A DNA stretch of 64,000 bases from Seison nebaliae (Eukaryota), in the NCBI GenBank assembly GCA_023231475.1, contig JALJEE010001982.1:1-64000 (forward strand). Reading direction: 5' to 3'. Of this stretch, positions 11,031 through 26,591 are shown piece after piece (position 1 is the first letter of the stretch; each line of letters starts with the position of its first letter). The notes beneath the pieces were generated by a model, which saw only the letters and a list, made by a program, of their open reading frames with translations, searched no databases and was not told where the DNA came from. Made by a program: the position numbers and the translations under genes.

Positions 11031-14000
11031 CTGAAGGTGAAAGAAGAAATAGCACAATATCATTAAATTTTTCTTCATTTACATATTCAACACAATTATG
11101 TAATTAGTAAGAATCATTCACATATCGCCCCCCCATCCCCCCTCCTCCTCCTCACTCTCCGATCGATTAGAAAAGTTTAGGATTGATGCACACAAAGTCT
11201 AGATAGGATGACTAGAAGGAATATTTGAGAACAAATCATCTTTACCTGGAGTTGATGTGTAAACTTTCCCTACTTATTATCTCTCCCTCCCTCGAATTAG
11301 TTGTATTAAGACGAATCGAATAAAAAGATGGCGGGGAATCGGACAAATCATAAAATAAGAAATGTACGTGAATATGATGATTAGAAATCTCGACATATCA
11401 GAAATTTCTGATAATTATCGTTTGCTCATTTCCAATAATTTCATTTCTGAGAGAATTCCGATTATGTTCTAATGGAATCTCGACCCAAAATCAATATCAA
11501 TCAAATTTCTAGTAAATTTCATTTTCTTTTTGTTATTAGAAACCTCTTAAGATGGAAGGTAGAATTGTTGAAGAAGAAACACGTCATTCGTTACTCTAAA
11601 AAAAAACTTACTATTAAGTTCTCATATCAAGAAAGAAACTTTTCGTAATTTCATATTTCCTACAGTCACACGAACACGGGAATAAGAGTTTTATGAATGG
11701 AAAAGAATGGAAATTCTTTGCGATGAAGAATGAAAGAAATATGGTTTGGAAGAAACCACTAGAAAGCCACCTTGACGACGAGGGAATTTATCATCCTGTT
11801 ATGGAATGATAGCGTTTTTAATCGAAAATTATATTGATCTGTCCTAGGGAAAGAATTTGGGGAGGAGAGGAAAGATATTGTGTTCGCTCGGAATGAGTTT
11901 CATCAAACAATTCTTCCTTTGACGTTCTCATAATGAATAGTTTAATGGATAATTGTATAAGGACAAGTGCTGTTGAGTGGAGTAGGAGTTTAAGGGACGA
12001 CGATACAAATCGCACTTGTCGAATGTGGACAAGTAGTTGTGCATGGAGAGATCCTGAAGATGGATGGAATCTACGATAAAGATAATTAATTTCCATTTAT
12101 ACCGGATGATAATAGAAGCGACCCATCTCTTTCAAGATCATTAGAAATTAATAATAAAGGATGGGTGAAGACAGTTGAACAATAATGTAAATTAAACAAC
12201 CAATTTATTGCCGAAGCAGGAAACTAAAAGAATTTCTGATATTGCCATCTATTAATGGAAAGAAATCATGCTTTCTTCCAATTTCTTCTTCTTACTTCAT
12301 TTTATGAAGACTTTGTTGTTCAATTAAAAATAAACATAATGTACATATCGGTCGGGGAGATAGTGTTATTGACCTATAAGTTCGTCGTATATCTCGTCTC
12401 CCCCTCATCCGATCTCTTAACTAACGTAACCATACACTTGTTCCCTTGTGCATATGTACGTCATCCAATAATTTATTCGATGATATTAATCACGATAGAT
12501 AATATTCATTCTTATAATGTTCTATCACACACACACACACACACCCATATATATATATATACATTCATTGACACACAAAAGCACATTGAACACAGACGAA
12601 GTGCACATAGAGCACAGACACGCAGTGAACATAATGGATTCCAATTTGAGGAGGATGGAATGCAGTCCATTAGAACGTGTAGCTAAGTGGAGGCATATGT
12701 TGGTGGTAGAGGATATGTGATGGGCTGATTGTCGAGCGATGGAAATCGTGTCTGGCTTGTCGAATAATCGCTAGATTACGGGAAGATTAGCATGGTCGTC
12801 ATTACTTATGTCGCACAGCGTCCCACGTACAATTCGCTGTATAAATCGGATAAATTTGTCTTAATTATTGCAGAATAATTTCTTAATTGCTTCCACATAT
12901 AACGATCTGATTTGTTGATATGTGATATGGTGCTGAAAGGAGTCTCTCGGTCGTACGGAAAGAAATGACTGCCATTAATCTTCCCATCCAATTAGAGAGT
13001 GTGCGCGAGAGGTAAGAAATGTCGAAGTCATTCGAATGCAATGTTCAGATTCGCAATTATGCATAATTTAGATAATGACGAAATAAGATAGATGAAGAGA
13101 ACAATATAAGAAGAGCTAAGTGATGATAGTTCGAACAGTTCGACCAGGTCCAAGAAAGGTGAAAGAGTAGAAAGTATAATTGTTGTTGGAAAAATGAAAA
13201 TTTGTTGAACAATTCATTATTCCTATTCTGGTGATAGATGTAATTGATGACTAGGATGTAAATTCTAATTCTGTCCGAACAAGGCCGCGATGTGAGCACA
13301 TGATTTAACGAATACTACAGCAATAAAGTCAACAGCAATATCTTCTCAATGGCAGAAGGAGAACGACCCTCCCCCACTCACTCATTCGCTCACTCACTCT
13401 CGACAATTGAGCAGACATTTCTAATTACATGAGAGAAGTATTTCCTGTTTTTGTCGTTGTATTCATTCGCGTTCAGAATTATGGGATGACATGTTATTAT
13501 TGATAAGTGATAAATTTTAGATGATATTAGCATAATTCTCTTTCTTTCATTTCACATTCTCTTTTGGAAGAAGAACAATAATAATTTCCAACAAAATTAT
13601 CTAATGGTACAAAATTTATTTTCTTTACTTCGGTCTCACTACTTCTTATAATGTCTTCTTACTGTACTGCCATCCATATGTAATGGTCTGTGCAAACATG
13701 TCCATATTGGGATGACATAATTCACACCATTCCATCTTCACCATTCTCGACGACCATTCCATCAAATATCTCCTGCTCAAGCACTTACTTCCACACAATT
13801 CTCATTTCCGTATCAATATCAAAGTAAGGTATCATCATAATGAGGCAGTTTGAAGGAATGGTAATTGAAAAAACAATAGGGTCAATCCGGAAGCATATTC
13901 GACGACATGTCTCTCATACAAATCGACGACTGTCGCATATGTAACTAATCGAAAATGATGACTAGAAGAAAGATAGCGAGAATATTGGAGATTTCTGATA

Positions 14001-15925
14001 ATTCCTGATCTGCTAACGGCATAAGCATATATTATTCAAATGAAGATCGGAATCCGTTAATCGGAAGAAGATTCCATCTCATTAATGTTAGATGATAGCA
14101 ATCATATTCGTCCTCCCCAAACATATCCACACTTATTTCATGTCGCAAATCAACAACATAAAATAATAATATTACTAACAACAACAGTCATCTATCTATT
14201 TTTCCTTTTCGTTTTTGAGAGGAGAGGACGGAGGAAAACATACAAGAGATTAAGATTAATGTTTATAGAATAATTTAATTTAAAGAAAATCTCCAAAATT
14301 TTTTTGTTCTCTCTAAATGTTTCCTCAAATTTCTTTCCATTATCTTCTCTCTTTCATTCATACAAAAAATAGGATTAGTAGATGCTTCAGTTATCCTTTC
14401 ACTTCTTGGTAGTTGTAGAAGGTTAACTGATTAAGTGTCGACTAAAAAAAAACACGATAATTATCCCAAACTGGCTAGATTAACTGAGAAGAAAAGGAAA
14501 GTTACTAGCGAGAATGGCAATTCCCGCATTTTCCACCATTTCCCCCTCCACAAAACATTCTTCGTTCGAAAACTTTCAATCATCTTCTTTTCGAAAACCA
14601 TAGAGCTAAATTCTTCTTTCTACATCTTCACATCGAAATTATCCGACAAATTGAACAGAAACTTCTCCTCCTATTTACTTCACAATATAAAGCGTGCAAA
14701 TGGAAACAAACCATTTTCTACTTGAATCGACAACATTCGTCTTCCGAAAGATCATCGAACGATTTCATCTTCCAGATACGTAAGATTTCGATTGAAATTA
14801 ATAAATTCCAAAATTATCATTTCTACAAGAACCATGTCTTTAACCTCTCAATATATCATTTCTGATGTGCACGACATTTTTCAATTGAGAAACAAAAATT
14901 CCAAATATTTCATAAAAAACCTGGAAATTGTCAAATGAAAAGAATAGTTCCATTAAAAAAGATCAAATTATTTTGCGAAGATTGAACATCAAATTAGTTG
15001 TGACATTCTCTAGCTAGAGGTGTGGTAAGTGGGATTCTGAACTCCCACGACCCAAAGAATAAACAGCAGTTTCTGGTTGAAAACCTGAATCAACTGAATT
15101 ACTGCCCAGAAATTTCCATAAATATTATAATTTATTTACATGTTACTGGAATGTCGTGACATTATCTTGGAAGATGTCGAGTTTAGGGAACGATTAAAAT
15201 TCTAGTGAGTATCAGACGAAAGTGGATGAAAGGGAAATGAACTTTAATCATCAAACATTTTTTTTTATCTCGTTTTGTTGTTTTGAGGAAAATTATTGAT
15301 CGAGACATAATGAAATGTTCTTTATTTGATATGGGAAATTCGATTTTTATCTAGAACAAACGTGAAAAATTATTTTGGGAATAGAGATGTATTTCCTCTC
15401 TCCTGAATCATCTCATGAATTCACTCCAAATTTATCACTTGTTGAATTGAATGAATAGTGCTCGAAAGGAATCAATTTCCCTCAAATTTCCAAATAATTG
15501 AATATTATCTCAGAAAGATCATCGGGAAATTATTTTGAGAAAGATGAACATTTTGCATAATCAATTGTCTCTAAATGAAAATATTCGATCTGATTTGAAA
15601 TCAAATTCAAATAAAATCAAATCTCCAGTCAACATTATCTAATGCTGACTCGTATCGAAAAAATTTTAAATAAGTATTCACTTCTCTTTTCATTCTTTTC
15701 ATTTAACGCCCAAATGACGGACGGTTGTTCTAGCCATGACATATTGAAATCGTCAACATTCTCTCATTTGTTTACTTAAAGATCAATCATAATATTTAAA
15801 AAGAATTCCTAGAAACTTCTTCTCATTCTGATGATGTCCAGGAAATTCGTCTTCATTCGAAGGTGAATAGAAACGTCAAATTTTATATATATTTCATCAA
15901 TTTATTAATATCGATAATAAAATCA

Positions 15926-15969
15926 GTGAGATATTAAAGAGTGAGATATTAAAGAATGAGATATTAGAG
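15926..15969. repeat. 15-bp tandem repeat x3 (GTGAGATATTAAAGA)
   Basis: Read directly inside the long PDE4 intron. Confidence 0.85.
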
Positions 15970-16946
15970 TAGACGAATCGAAAATAAAAAGGAGAAGTGA
16001 ATGGGAAGTTGAATTATTCTCATTTTGTATAGGAGAGAAATGTGTTCCTTCGATTGTTATTTCCGTATTGTAGGGGAATGTCAGAATCATTATTCTTCAT
16101 ACTTTACAAAGACTTACGTCATTTGGTGGAGGGAGATTTTTGGAGGAGAGTGTTCGTCCAGCTGTTTTTGAGAAGTATAAAATAATGAAGTGGAGAAGGT
16201 CGACTCGTCAGACATTCCAAATTAATTATTCAAAGATATTCTATCATTGGTGTGGGAAGATAAAACATGGTAGATATTCATCGATGATCGTCGACGGTTC
16301 TTTTTCTTTTATATCGGCAATGTAGAATCAACGACGCCATTCGATTGTTCACGAACTCGAATTGTTCGGGAGAAGTGAGAGAGAGGAGAGAGGGTATAAT
16401 GAAATGAAGAAAATTTCGCCTGAATGCATCATTATTTGAAAAATGAATTTCTTTTCTTTCCACATAAGGGGAGGATGTGTCAGTTTGATTTTCGCATGCT
16501 ACAAATGGCTCATATGAATGGGAGATGATGAAACTTTCACATACAGCAATTTCGACGAGTGTTGTTGGGAGAAAGTACTTCCTAAAAAATTGTCAATCGT
16601 TTTTGGCGAGCGACAAAATCTTTTCATCAAAATTTTACATCACTTCCAATCACTAATAATCGGAGATAATTCTTAAATTGGCGAAGTTGAAAGGAGAATG
16701 ATGGAGAAACATATGATGTGCGAAAGAATAAAACAATTGTCTCTTATATGAATGGACAAAGAAGATTTATTTGTTATTCGAGAAAGATTCGGTGTAGATG
16801 TAGTAAAAATGACGTGAATATGATAATATCGTGATTACTTCAACTTTCGTTTGGTGGTAAAGGAAAAGTATTCCCTCAATGATTCCACTAAATGATTTAC
16901 GTATTATGATGAACAAATGAATGGGAATGGAGGGAATGATATGAAT

Positions 16947-16977
<31 letters not shown>

Positions 16978-18327
16978 GTGATATATGTGGAGTAGTAATA
17001 GGAAAGGATCTTATCTGAAACGGTGATGGATGTCCAGTTTATCACGAATGAGGAACTTATTAGGAAATATGCGAAAATATTATTGAATGGTAGTCGGAAG
17101 AATGTGTAGAAAGTCGTTAACTTCTCGTGTAGTGACTTGTTGTTAAAATGGTTCTTACAATAATAATTGTCGTGCGACCTTGTCACCATCTGCACACATT
17201 GACTTATATTAGCAAACTTTTTAGTTATGGAGTTGAGTGAGGAAGAGCCGAAGGTAATAATGGGATGGAGAGAAGAAGAGCATTGATATAAATTCAGTTC
17301 TCATCATCGAAACGAGTAAATGTATCGAGCCGTTGACATGTGTCGTTTAATCAGACAAATCTGATGATTTTCAACCAGTCTGTTCCACGTCAACTGGAGA
17401 GATGATTTGAAGTGATAAGATTTCGATTCGTATCAAATAATATAATTGAATCAGATTATTCTAAGTTGAGATGCCTCAGATTATAATGTCGCTATATTAA
17501 TAAATATAATTCGAAGACGTATGGCCATGACCATGCGAGTAGACCTTACATATTGTTCCGAAAATATCATCTCGGAATGCTGTTTAATACCAATCGATCT
17601 ATCGATCATATACGTACAACAAAGAATGCGTGTGCTGTGGGATGATCTGGCATGGCATGACATGACGTATAAAACGAAGTTTTTTCTTCGTAACAAATTA
17701 CTTCTGCATCGGCACACTTCAAGAACGAAAGGAAAAACTATTAATACGTCTTGTGTCGGGGAAGGAGAATGCAATGAATTGGAAAACACGAAAATTAGAG
17801 AAGATTATCAATCAAAATCGGCAAATAAATTATATGGTTGAAATGGATACATAAAAGCGGAAAAGTTGGAAAAGTTCTATAACTTAAAGCATCATCATTA
17901 TGATGATGATGATGATATATGGATAATTGTTGAGGGGATGTAACACATAAATTGGGAGGGAGAGATGTGGCTGTTCCACGGACATCTTTCTACCTTCGCA
18001 TCTAACTCTGGACTACTCATGTGCACGCACATGTAATGATTGTTAATTGCATAAATGAGATTACATACATGAAAGTTAGATGACGACAAAGTATCTGATA
18101 TGGTGGGTGGTGATGGAGATGCATCCATCAGAAAGGAGTGGAAAGGAAATGTGAGAGATTCGATTGAAGAAGAAACGAACCGTTTCATATAAGGAGAAAT
18201 CATTTGGACACATATTACATAAAACCCAATCGAATGTGTACGACATGAAAGGAGAAAGATTCTTAGACCGTTTGCATTGTTGTGTTTGGGTGGAGGGAGA
18301 AGGAGAGCGGATGGCGAAGTAGATGGG

Positions 18328-18330
<3 letters not shown>

Positions 18331-18364
<34 letters not shown>
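18331..18364. repeat. (AT)n microsatellite
   Basis: Read directly. Confidence 0.95.
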
Positions 18365-18366
<2 letters not shown>

Positions 18367-18604
18367 GAGTAATCAAAGACATCAAAGCTCGAGATATATG
18401 TGGGAGTGATGTGTCCTAGTTGTTGTATAAAGGAGTGGGGAAAGTCCGCTGGCCTACCTTCCCGTGACATTCGACAAATCGACGAAAGAACATCGGAAAA
18501 GAATGGAGAGGAGCGATGGGAAGTGTGGAGTAGGGAGAGGAAGAGCGCGTAAGAAATTGAAGAAATTGAGTAGGAAAAGAAATGTTTCAAGAATATTAAC
18601 TAAC

Positions 18605-19230
18605 TTCCTTTCCATGTTTTGATTAGATGGTCGGCTTGTTTCATTTGTTGATTGAAGGACATTCGTTGGACCATCCAATGATAAGGTCACCATGGGAACA
18701 GAAATATTGAAGGAGGAATTCTCTAGAGGTACGTTGAGAAAGGTGATGTCGTCGGATTGTTCGTCGCCGAAATTGGAACTTTCCATTGAGGCGCAAGTCA
18801 CATTCAGCTCACTAACTACGACCTCCATATCAGCTGAATTGGATATCCCATGAATATCACTGCAGTAAGTGCCAATAATTCGATTAGTTTGACTGGCGCT
18901 ATGAAATTTGTTTGAAGAGTTGTTGGGCGATCGTTTCTCTTCTTCATCTCCCTCAATCATCGATTGTAGACGTTGTATGAGAACTGAATTGAACTTCTCG
19001 TGTTGATTATTTATTTCGTTGGATTGATAATTTTCAAGTTCTTTATCTTTCCGATAAAGTTCATTAGATTGATCTTTCGTTAATTTACTGTTTGCGTATG
19101 ATGTCTGTGAAGTGGAAGAGATGGTAGATTGACTTATAGAATTAACAGTCGATATAATGGGTGTTACAAATGGTTTACAATTGTTTTTCAACGTTCCTAT
19201 TGATGATGTCGATGAAGCTGTTGTTTTTGT

Positions 19231-19264
<34 letters not shown>

Positions 19265-20940
19265 GATGATGTTGCTTTTAAGGATGATGATGTGATTAGT
19301 TTGTTGGGAAGGAGACTGTGCAACGCCGGATGAGTTGTAGATGATGGAATTGATGTATATGTGAGCGATGATGATGATAATGATGGCGAGATTCGTGTTT
19401 CAGCTACTGTTGTTCTTTCTACTGACGATAATGCAGAAGATGTTGATGGTAGAACGGATACTTTTATTTCTACATCAGAAATGGCAGGAATCGCAGACGT
19501 AATCGATGTCGATTCCAATTGTGAGTGATGAGCCGATTGATAGATGTTGGACGTCGTCATCATCATCATCATGAGCAATGGAGCTGATGCGCCCTGTCTA
19601 TCTGATACATTCGTATAATCATCAATCTGACCTTCAACTCTCTCACAAGAAGACTTCTTCAAAAGATTTGCTCCTTCTTCTAGATTGGTTGCGGTCGCCA
19701 TTTCTACATTCCCCTCTTTCTGTCTTCCCATATTTGTAGAAATTACGTGTGCCACACTTACATCATTCACATCATTCACTTCTCCTTTCTCACCACTCGA
19801 CAATGTCAATCGACATTTATTCGCCGTTCCCGAAGATAAGGCAAAATAAGACATCGTTCCGTTACTCCACACTCGATTACCATCTAACTTCTTCTTCGTT
19901 TCAGTTGACGACATTGCCGTTAACAATGAAAACAATGATGATGGTGATGAGGAGGATAATAGAGAGGATTGTGAAGACGTTTCCGAATCGACTCGACCGG
20001 AAGTAAAAACGTCTCTCATTGTAGCAACACATTCGTCGTTGTCAATCAACCGTTTATACTGCGATGACGCGAAACTATCGTCGTTCTTCTTCTTTTTCTT
20101 TTTTTTCTTCTTCTTCTCTTGGCTGATGATGACGTTACTTTTCTGTCTCATTTCTATCGTTTCATCATTCGAAGAAGATATGGAATTGAATGGATGTGAT
20201 GCATTTGACGAATTGATGACGAATGAAGGAGGTTGATGTTTAACTGGTGAGCATTTATCATTTGACTGTTCGATTTTATCATGAACAGTAACTAACGAAT
20301 GATTACTATTCGTTGTCCAACTTCCTTCATTCAATTCTTTCCTCTCACGGGAATTTCTTAGTAGATCCTCCTCCTTCTTCTTTCTTCTTCTTCTCCTCTC
20401 CAAATCAGCCATCTCTTTCTTCTTATAGTTATTCATCATTCCGGTGATCGGCGAGATTTTCTTCGGTGAGAATTTCTTATTCTCATCAAACGGTTTTGAA
20501 GGGCAATTATCAATGACGACCGATTTATTCGTAAGAATTTTCTTGTTGTCTCTCGAATGTTTCGAACATCGATACGGTCGTGGTACGGGCTGATCGGTAC
20601 TACCCGTCAACGAAATGAAACCATTTTGACTCGCCATTTTTGCCATGTCCCGTTTCTGCCTTCTATGGAGTGGCCTCGGCGAATTCTCATCCGTTCGGCC
20701 CATATACTTCGAACATGATAAGTTTGTGATTTTCGTCGACACACTCAGTGAATCAGTCGCGTTTCTCTTAATTTTGCTGATGTCATTTTTCTTACGCTTC
20801 GTCAAATTCGAATAGCTGAAACAGACATTGCTCTCGTCAATATTCTGCTGCAGATGCTTCTCATACAGGCCGATAACGACACTCTGATATTCGGGAATCA
20901 TTTTTCTCCTTTGCGAAGACAACTCCATGTAAGTCTTCAT
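18605..20940 (-). CDS. Large Ser/Thr/Lys-rich low-complexity exon, probable isoform-specific first coding exon of PDE4
   Basis: About 780-codon open frame on the PDE4 strand. The GTTAGT donor at 18604 is phase 2 and joins in frame to the acceptor before 11030 (AA|A TTG CCG). It could instead be a separate gene. Confidence 0.6.
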
Positions 20941-23900
20941 ATCATCCGCTCCATATAGATTACATTTGAGAGATGAAAACAATTATCCTTCACTCGTTTC
21001 AATATGTTTCAATATGTTTTTGGGGGGAGGGTGGATGGCAGGCACGCAGCAAGAACAACAACTGATTTGTAGTATTTAATTTTAATTCAATTCAATTTAC
21101 AGCGACGTTCAACTCTTAATCGAATGTTGCATTTTAACTCATCATTGTTCGATGGCATTAAGCGACGGAAAATCCATCCAAATTATGATTATTAGGATGA
21201 TGGGCGAATTTGCTTTTGAATTGCCATTGGGTGAAAGGACGAAAGCGGCAAAGGAAATTTAAAGAGGAATACAATTGTACACAATCCGGCACAAATAATG
21301 TGGAGTACTATTCGTTCCTTTTGTGTTCATCAGATGGTGGTGAAAGCATCTGCTCTATCCAAAGAGAGAAAGGCACGTTTATACTAAAGAATTATGAGAA
21401 TTAAGATAATAGAAAAAAATTTAATAAATATTATTAATAATATTCTTCCAGTATTGGAAGCGAAGGAAATAATTGTAATTATCATGATGAATGAATTAGA
21501 AAGTCATGAGTCATTTACTGGTGAAGAATCATTATGAGAATCACCATAATGAGAATCATCATAATGAGAATAATTTAGTCGAGAATACTTATGTTGTTTG
21601 CAGACAACATCGAATGGAATGATAGTTAAACAATTTTGTTATTTTCGCGCTAACTCATTTAATTAATTTATATGTGATGCAATATCCGCTCGTCATATCA
21701 GTTGTGCATATTCCATGCATTTCTGATATGGTGCATTATGTGTGTTTTCTATCCAAAATTCAATCAACAAACCATTTACACGATTCCACTAAACATTTTC
21801 GAGCATCAGTTCACATTCGACGATGTCAAATCAAGTCGAAAGAAAACTTTATCATTAATTGATCAACTTTGTTCTTATCAGAACAATTCGTCCAATTATC
21901 TCCACAATACATTCGATGGAGACGAAGTAATATCTTTATCATTTTCCACTTCACAAAATCAAAAGATTGCCGTGTTTCTCGACGGATTTACGAGAAGAAG
22001 AAAAAAAAATGAATACAAATCTAACCCAATCCATCACTAGCGAATATGACTTGGGTTGAATATATTATGTCGAATATCATTATCATTTCCATATCATCCA
22101 TTGATAATGATGATGCCATATTATTTATAGTTGAAGGTTACATTATCGTTATCTCATTCAGAGTATTCTTCATAAATAACTTTATTTTTTCCACACACAT
22201 CAACACATATATGACTTTCATTTTTGATCAATCCACATTCCTCACAAATCTTTTCTGCCAAACCCGTTCTTTTCATATTCTCTTCCATTATCTTTTATTA
22301 CCGACAACAAACCAATGTTTGTCCTGGCACAATCCTTCTCCCATCTCATTTATGGTCATTCTAATTTTTTTATATTCCATTGGATGAATGTTCGAGACAA
22401 ACGAAACTTATGTTTACATTCCAAACGATTATGAGAAACTTTAATAATTTGAGAATAATGTATCCCGATCATCATCGAGCCTCATAATGATTTGGACATT
22501 ATAGAATATGATAAAAAAATTCTCGAAATATCGGATCGAATACGTTTATATTTGAAAGTTGTAACTACATAATTGTACGTTCGTTCAATTATTTACTTCT
22601 TCTTGAACTTGAATTTTGTTGAATGGAACACTAAGCAGCCACCTGTCATATGGCCAGGTATCTCATGTCAGTAAATCATTCGAATAATTAATGATTGTTT
22701 GAAATGATCAACTCAATATCTATTATATTCCATATATGCATACTTAATATGTATTTCTTTCAATTTAAAGGAAAATGGAGATATATCCAATGAATTGGTC
22801 TTAAATTACTTCTCGTTCGAAACGAACATATGATCAATGTTCCAGAACATGGTTAGTGAGAACATATTAATACTTCTAAATTTTTATGAAAAATATAAAA
22901 ATTTTTTTATGGTCACCAAATGAACTTACTATATTTTTGTATGGACTACTAATCATTCATATCCTTCATAGCTAATTGTTAGCAGACCGAACATTTCACG
23001 CCCTGACTGGACGAGTCTGACTGTGAGAACTAACAATCATTTTAATCTTCTATTACGTAATATTTTTATAAATGAAGTTAAAAGATATTTTGGACGATGA
23101 ATTTTTTAAGTCTACTCACTTCACATTACGAACATCTCATTACATATCTCATTTAATATCTTATTGACTAAGAGCGAATTGCTGGTGGTTCCTTTGAAAT
23201 TCATTTCCTTCCTACCTTCCCTCATATACATATTTGATCGATTGAGAAGTATGTTAAATTTTTGGTTTTATTAGAATTGATGTTGGCTTATTCGAGTAAC
23301 ATAACTGAACATGTAGAAATTTATCTTGTTTGTCTCGTAACACGAATATGTCGAATTCGTACAATAGTATGAATGAAACATATTTCCCATATACTCCCCA
23401 AGTTAATGACTCTGAAAGATTAGAATGAAGATTAGCTCTTGTTTACATTTTTGGCTATTCGACCAATAATAGTTTGAAGTAATTTGGATAAATTGGAATT
23501 ATAAGTTCAATTTGTATGAGAATAATAATATGAGAAGATCGAGAAAGAATATTAGTAAAACGTAAGAAGAAAGTAGAGAAGCAACTGGAATACTTCTAAA
23601 ACAAGATAGTATGTTGAACAAAAACATTAAACAAAGGTAAAATTTATTGGAAGAATTGGAACAACCTTCTCATTTTCCTAGTAGACTTCTCCGGAAATTC
23701 CTACTTTTCCCATCAAGATATAGTCGTGAGTTACGTATTTGAACTTTCTACTACATTCTCTATTGGAAGCATAATCAATTAACTTCATCAATACTGATGC
23801 TGACCGAGAAGTGAACATACCTAAAATTCTAACACTATTCTTAAGGATACTCTTTATTTATTTATTCTTTTTATTCCCTTTTTAATATTCTTCCTAATAT

Positions 23901-25099
23901 TTCCATTGTTCAACTAATCTTCCACTCTGCCATGTAATATTGGACAGATTGATTAATGATTAGTGCAATAACCAATATTCAATTATAATCTTTATTCTTA
24001 CTTCACATTCCATACATTCTCCTGATGATGTTGGTAGTACTATCTTAACGTACTCCGTTTCCAAAAGTACTTGATGTCAATTATTGACATACACATTATA
24101 TCAACTTTGAATTAATGTCCTGGAGAATAGAAGGAAAAATCATGCTGACTGGACTAATAACAATACAGACTGAATCTACACCGCATTTGACGTCATTTAA
24201 GTTTCATTCATAGGTTTGTTTATTAGTGTGGAAAATGTCAGCTGAATATCCAAGTTTCAAACGAAGGTACATATCAACACCGCACAAAGGTCAATTGTGA
24301 AGAGACCATACATCTTGAAAATCCCATAAAATTCGTTCTAATGTTCTATTGTACTTCAAGAAGAATTGACGTTCCAACAACGCAAGTAACAATACGTAAT
24401 ACAGAAAATATACAGAAATATGATTAAACGGTATGTTCCTCATTGATCAATGACTCGAATGAATGAATTCAATGTTTGTTTAATGTTGTTTATTGTGATA
24501 TTGTAAATGATTTGTTAAATAATCATTTTCTAATAAACTAATAAAAATTTCTAATAACATTTTTATAAAAAGCCCATTTTTTCCTTATAGTCCTTCTACC
24601 TTCTTAAAGTTCATGAACATTAAATATAATCTCAAGTATTTTATTCCGGAAGGGACCATTATCAGTAATCTAACATTAGAAGAAAGTTATAAGAAAGTTA
24701 TAAGAAATGTTCATATATCTTTTCCTGAACATATTACTAATTCGGCGATGTTGAACTATTCAAAATTATCTTTGAATGATCTACTCTGGGAATTATTGAA
24801 CCTTCGAATTATCTAGAGTACGGGATGTCTTTATCTGTAATTATTCGACGGAAAAAATCAGTAGAAATTCTAAAATGAATTACTTTTCATTCATTTTAGA
24901 ATGGGCGTTATCAACGTTGAACCAACAATATATCATCTGTATATTGTTGGGAAGTTAGTTAGGAAGTTACAGTAATGTTCGTAGTTAGTAATAATAATTT
25001 GAGACAACTTCTCAATTATAAAAGATCGGAGAGTTCTGACCGTTCCATTTCTTCAATAAAAGCGAAATTGAAAAACAGAATGTTCGACGATGATCGATG

Positions 25100-25460
25100 A
25101 GGAAAGTACCTTCTCAAACTGAAGTCACTTCATTTGTAGGAAAAAGGAATTTGTGAAGGAATTTCATTAATTCCGATGGAGCCACATGGCAATATTATGA
25201 GGAGAATTTCCATGAGGGCAATAAGAAGAATGGGAGGGATGGAAGAATAAACCGTTCCCTTGTGAGAGATGTAGGGGAATGATGGAAATGAGAAATGTAT
25301 GTACTATGTATATGCTTATAGTAGTCGAGTTCGAGGGAGAGTGAATAGACAATTCGGATATGACGTTTGATTAAAGACACAATTATGAATTAATCAAGAT
25401 CCGTATTATGAACTCTATGTTGAAAGGGGCGATTGAGTAGGATGAATATCTTCTGTAATA
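25100..25460 (-). mobile_element. Possible highly decayed non-LTR reverse transcriptase remnant
   Basis: Frameshifted fragments LIKRHIRIVYS ... SQG ... PPILLIALMEILL ... GINEI occur in the order expected for the RT motifs around QGxxLSP. No intact YADD. Confidence 0.25.
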
Positions 25461-26591
25461 TTTATGAGATTATATCAGATTAATTTATCCAAATTAACAT
25501 TGCTTAATATTGCCATAGAAATTTATATTCTCAAAAAATATTAATCAAATTACTTACACTATCTTGCTTCATCAGTAAACATGTGCGGACGAATTCATTA
25601 ACATCGTACAAGGAGATATGATTCTCTCTCATTCTTCCTCCTCTTCTTCTCCCTTCCTTCCACCAACAGTAGTTGTAATAGTAGTTGAGAGTGGAGGAAG
25701 GATGACAAAAGGTTAACTTAATTTCCTTCTTCTTCTTCTTCTGTGCACGACAAGGAATTACCGTCGATGTATATTTGTTTAATTAACGTAATAGTTGAAG
25801 AGAACGAGTAGCAGTTCTATTGATGCGTCAACATCTAATGTATAAATCACATCAAATATATTGTGAATAATGAAGAATAAATGGACTATGAATAGATGAA
25901 GAGTGGAGAAGGGAAATGTGTGCGCTTAACGATTGTGTTGTTCCATAAACGAATTTATCGTTAATTGACTATTTTTCTTCAATGATTAATTTCACATGAA
26001 AATTATTTTTATGTTTTTCTCCTTTTAGGTATCATTTCAAAATATTAACTTCGATTCCTCGTCTTGCCAGACAACATTCTCCTGGAACAATAATATTTTC
26101 TATTCCAATTGTTTCTCCTCTACGACTGCTCTTGTTGAGAAGGAATATTTTTTTCGTTTCTTCCCCCCATCCATCCCACTTCAATCGTCATTTACCGTTA
26201 TTAAAATCTTCTCATCCATCATCCAACAATCAGTTAAGTCGAACCCATCTAATTGACGCAGGTTCTACACAACCTCATTAGATGGGCAACCTTCGGATAT
26301 ATCTAATATATTTCAACTTCAATTTCTTCCTTTCAATATCATCTCTCCACACCGTAGAAGATCCCAATCGGTGATGAACGATAATTACAAAAGAAATTCT
26401 CATTATACCCGAAATTTTATCTAAATTCCTCAAATGTCTGTGAAGATGTGTCAATATCTGGTAATATCATCATAATGAATATCATTCGGTTTTCATTCGA
26501 AACGTCACAATGAAAACCGGTATCGTTCTCCACTTTTTCTCCGAAGAAACCCTCAAACGATTGAAGTGCTTATATTATGTGACTAGGACTA

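Noticed and set aside
11818..18590. Many 60-230 aa ORFs inside the long PDE4 intron
   Set aside because: Microsatellite-derived or compositionally random peptides with no motifs or consistent splice chain. Small alternative exons cannot be excluded.
15926..21571. 15-bp tandem repeats at 15926 and about 21534 as CRISPR-like arrays
   Set aside because: Head-to-tail minisatellites without spacers, in a eukaryotic context with no cas genes.
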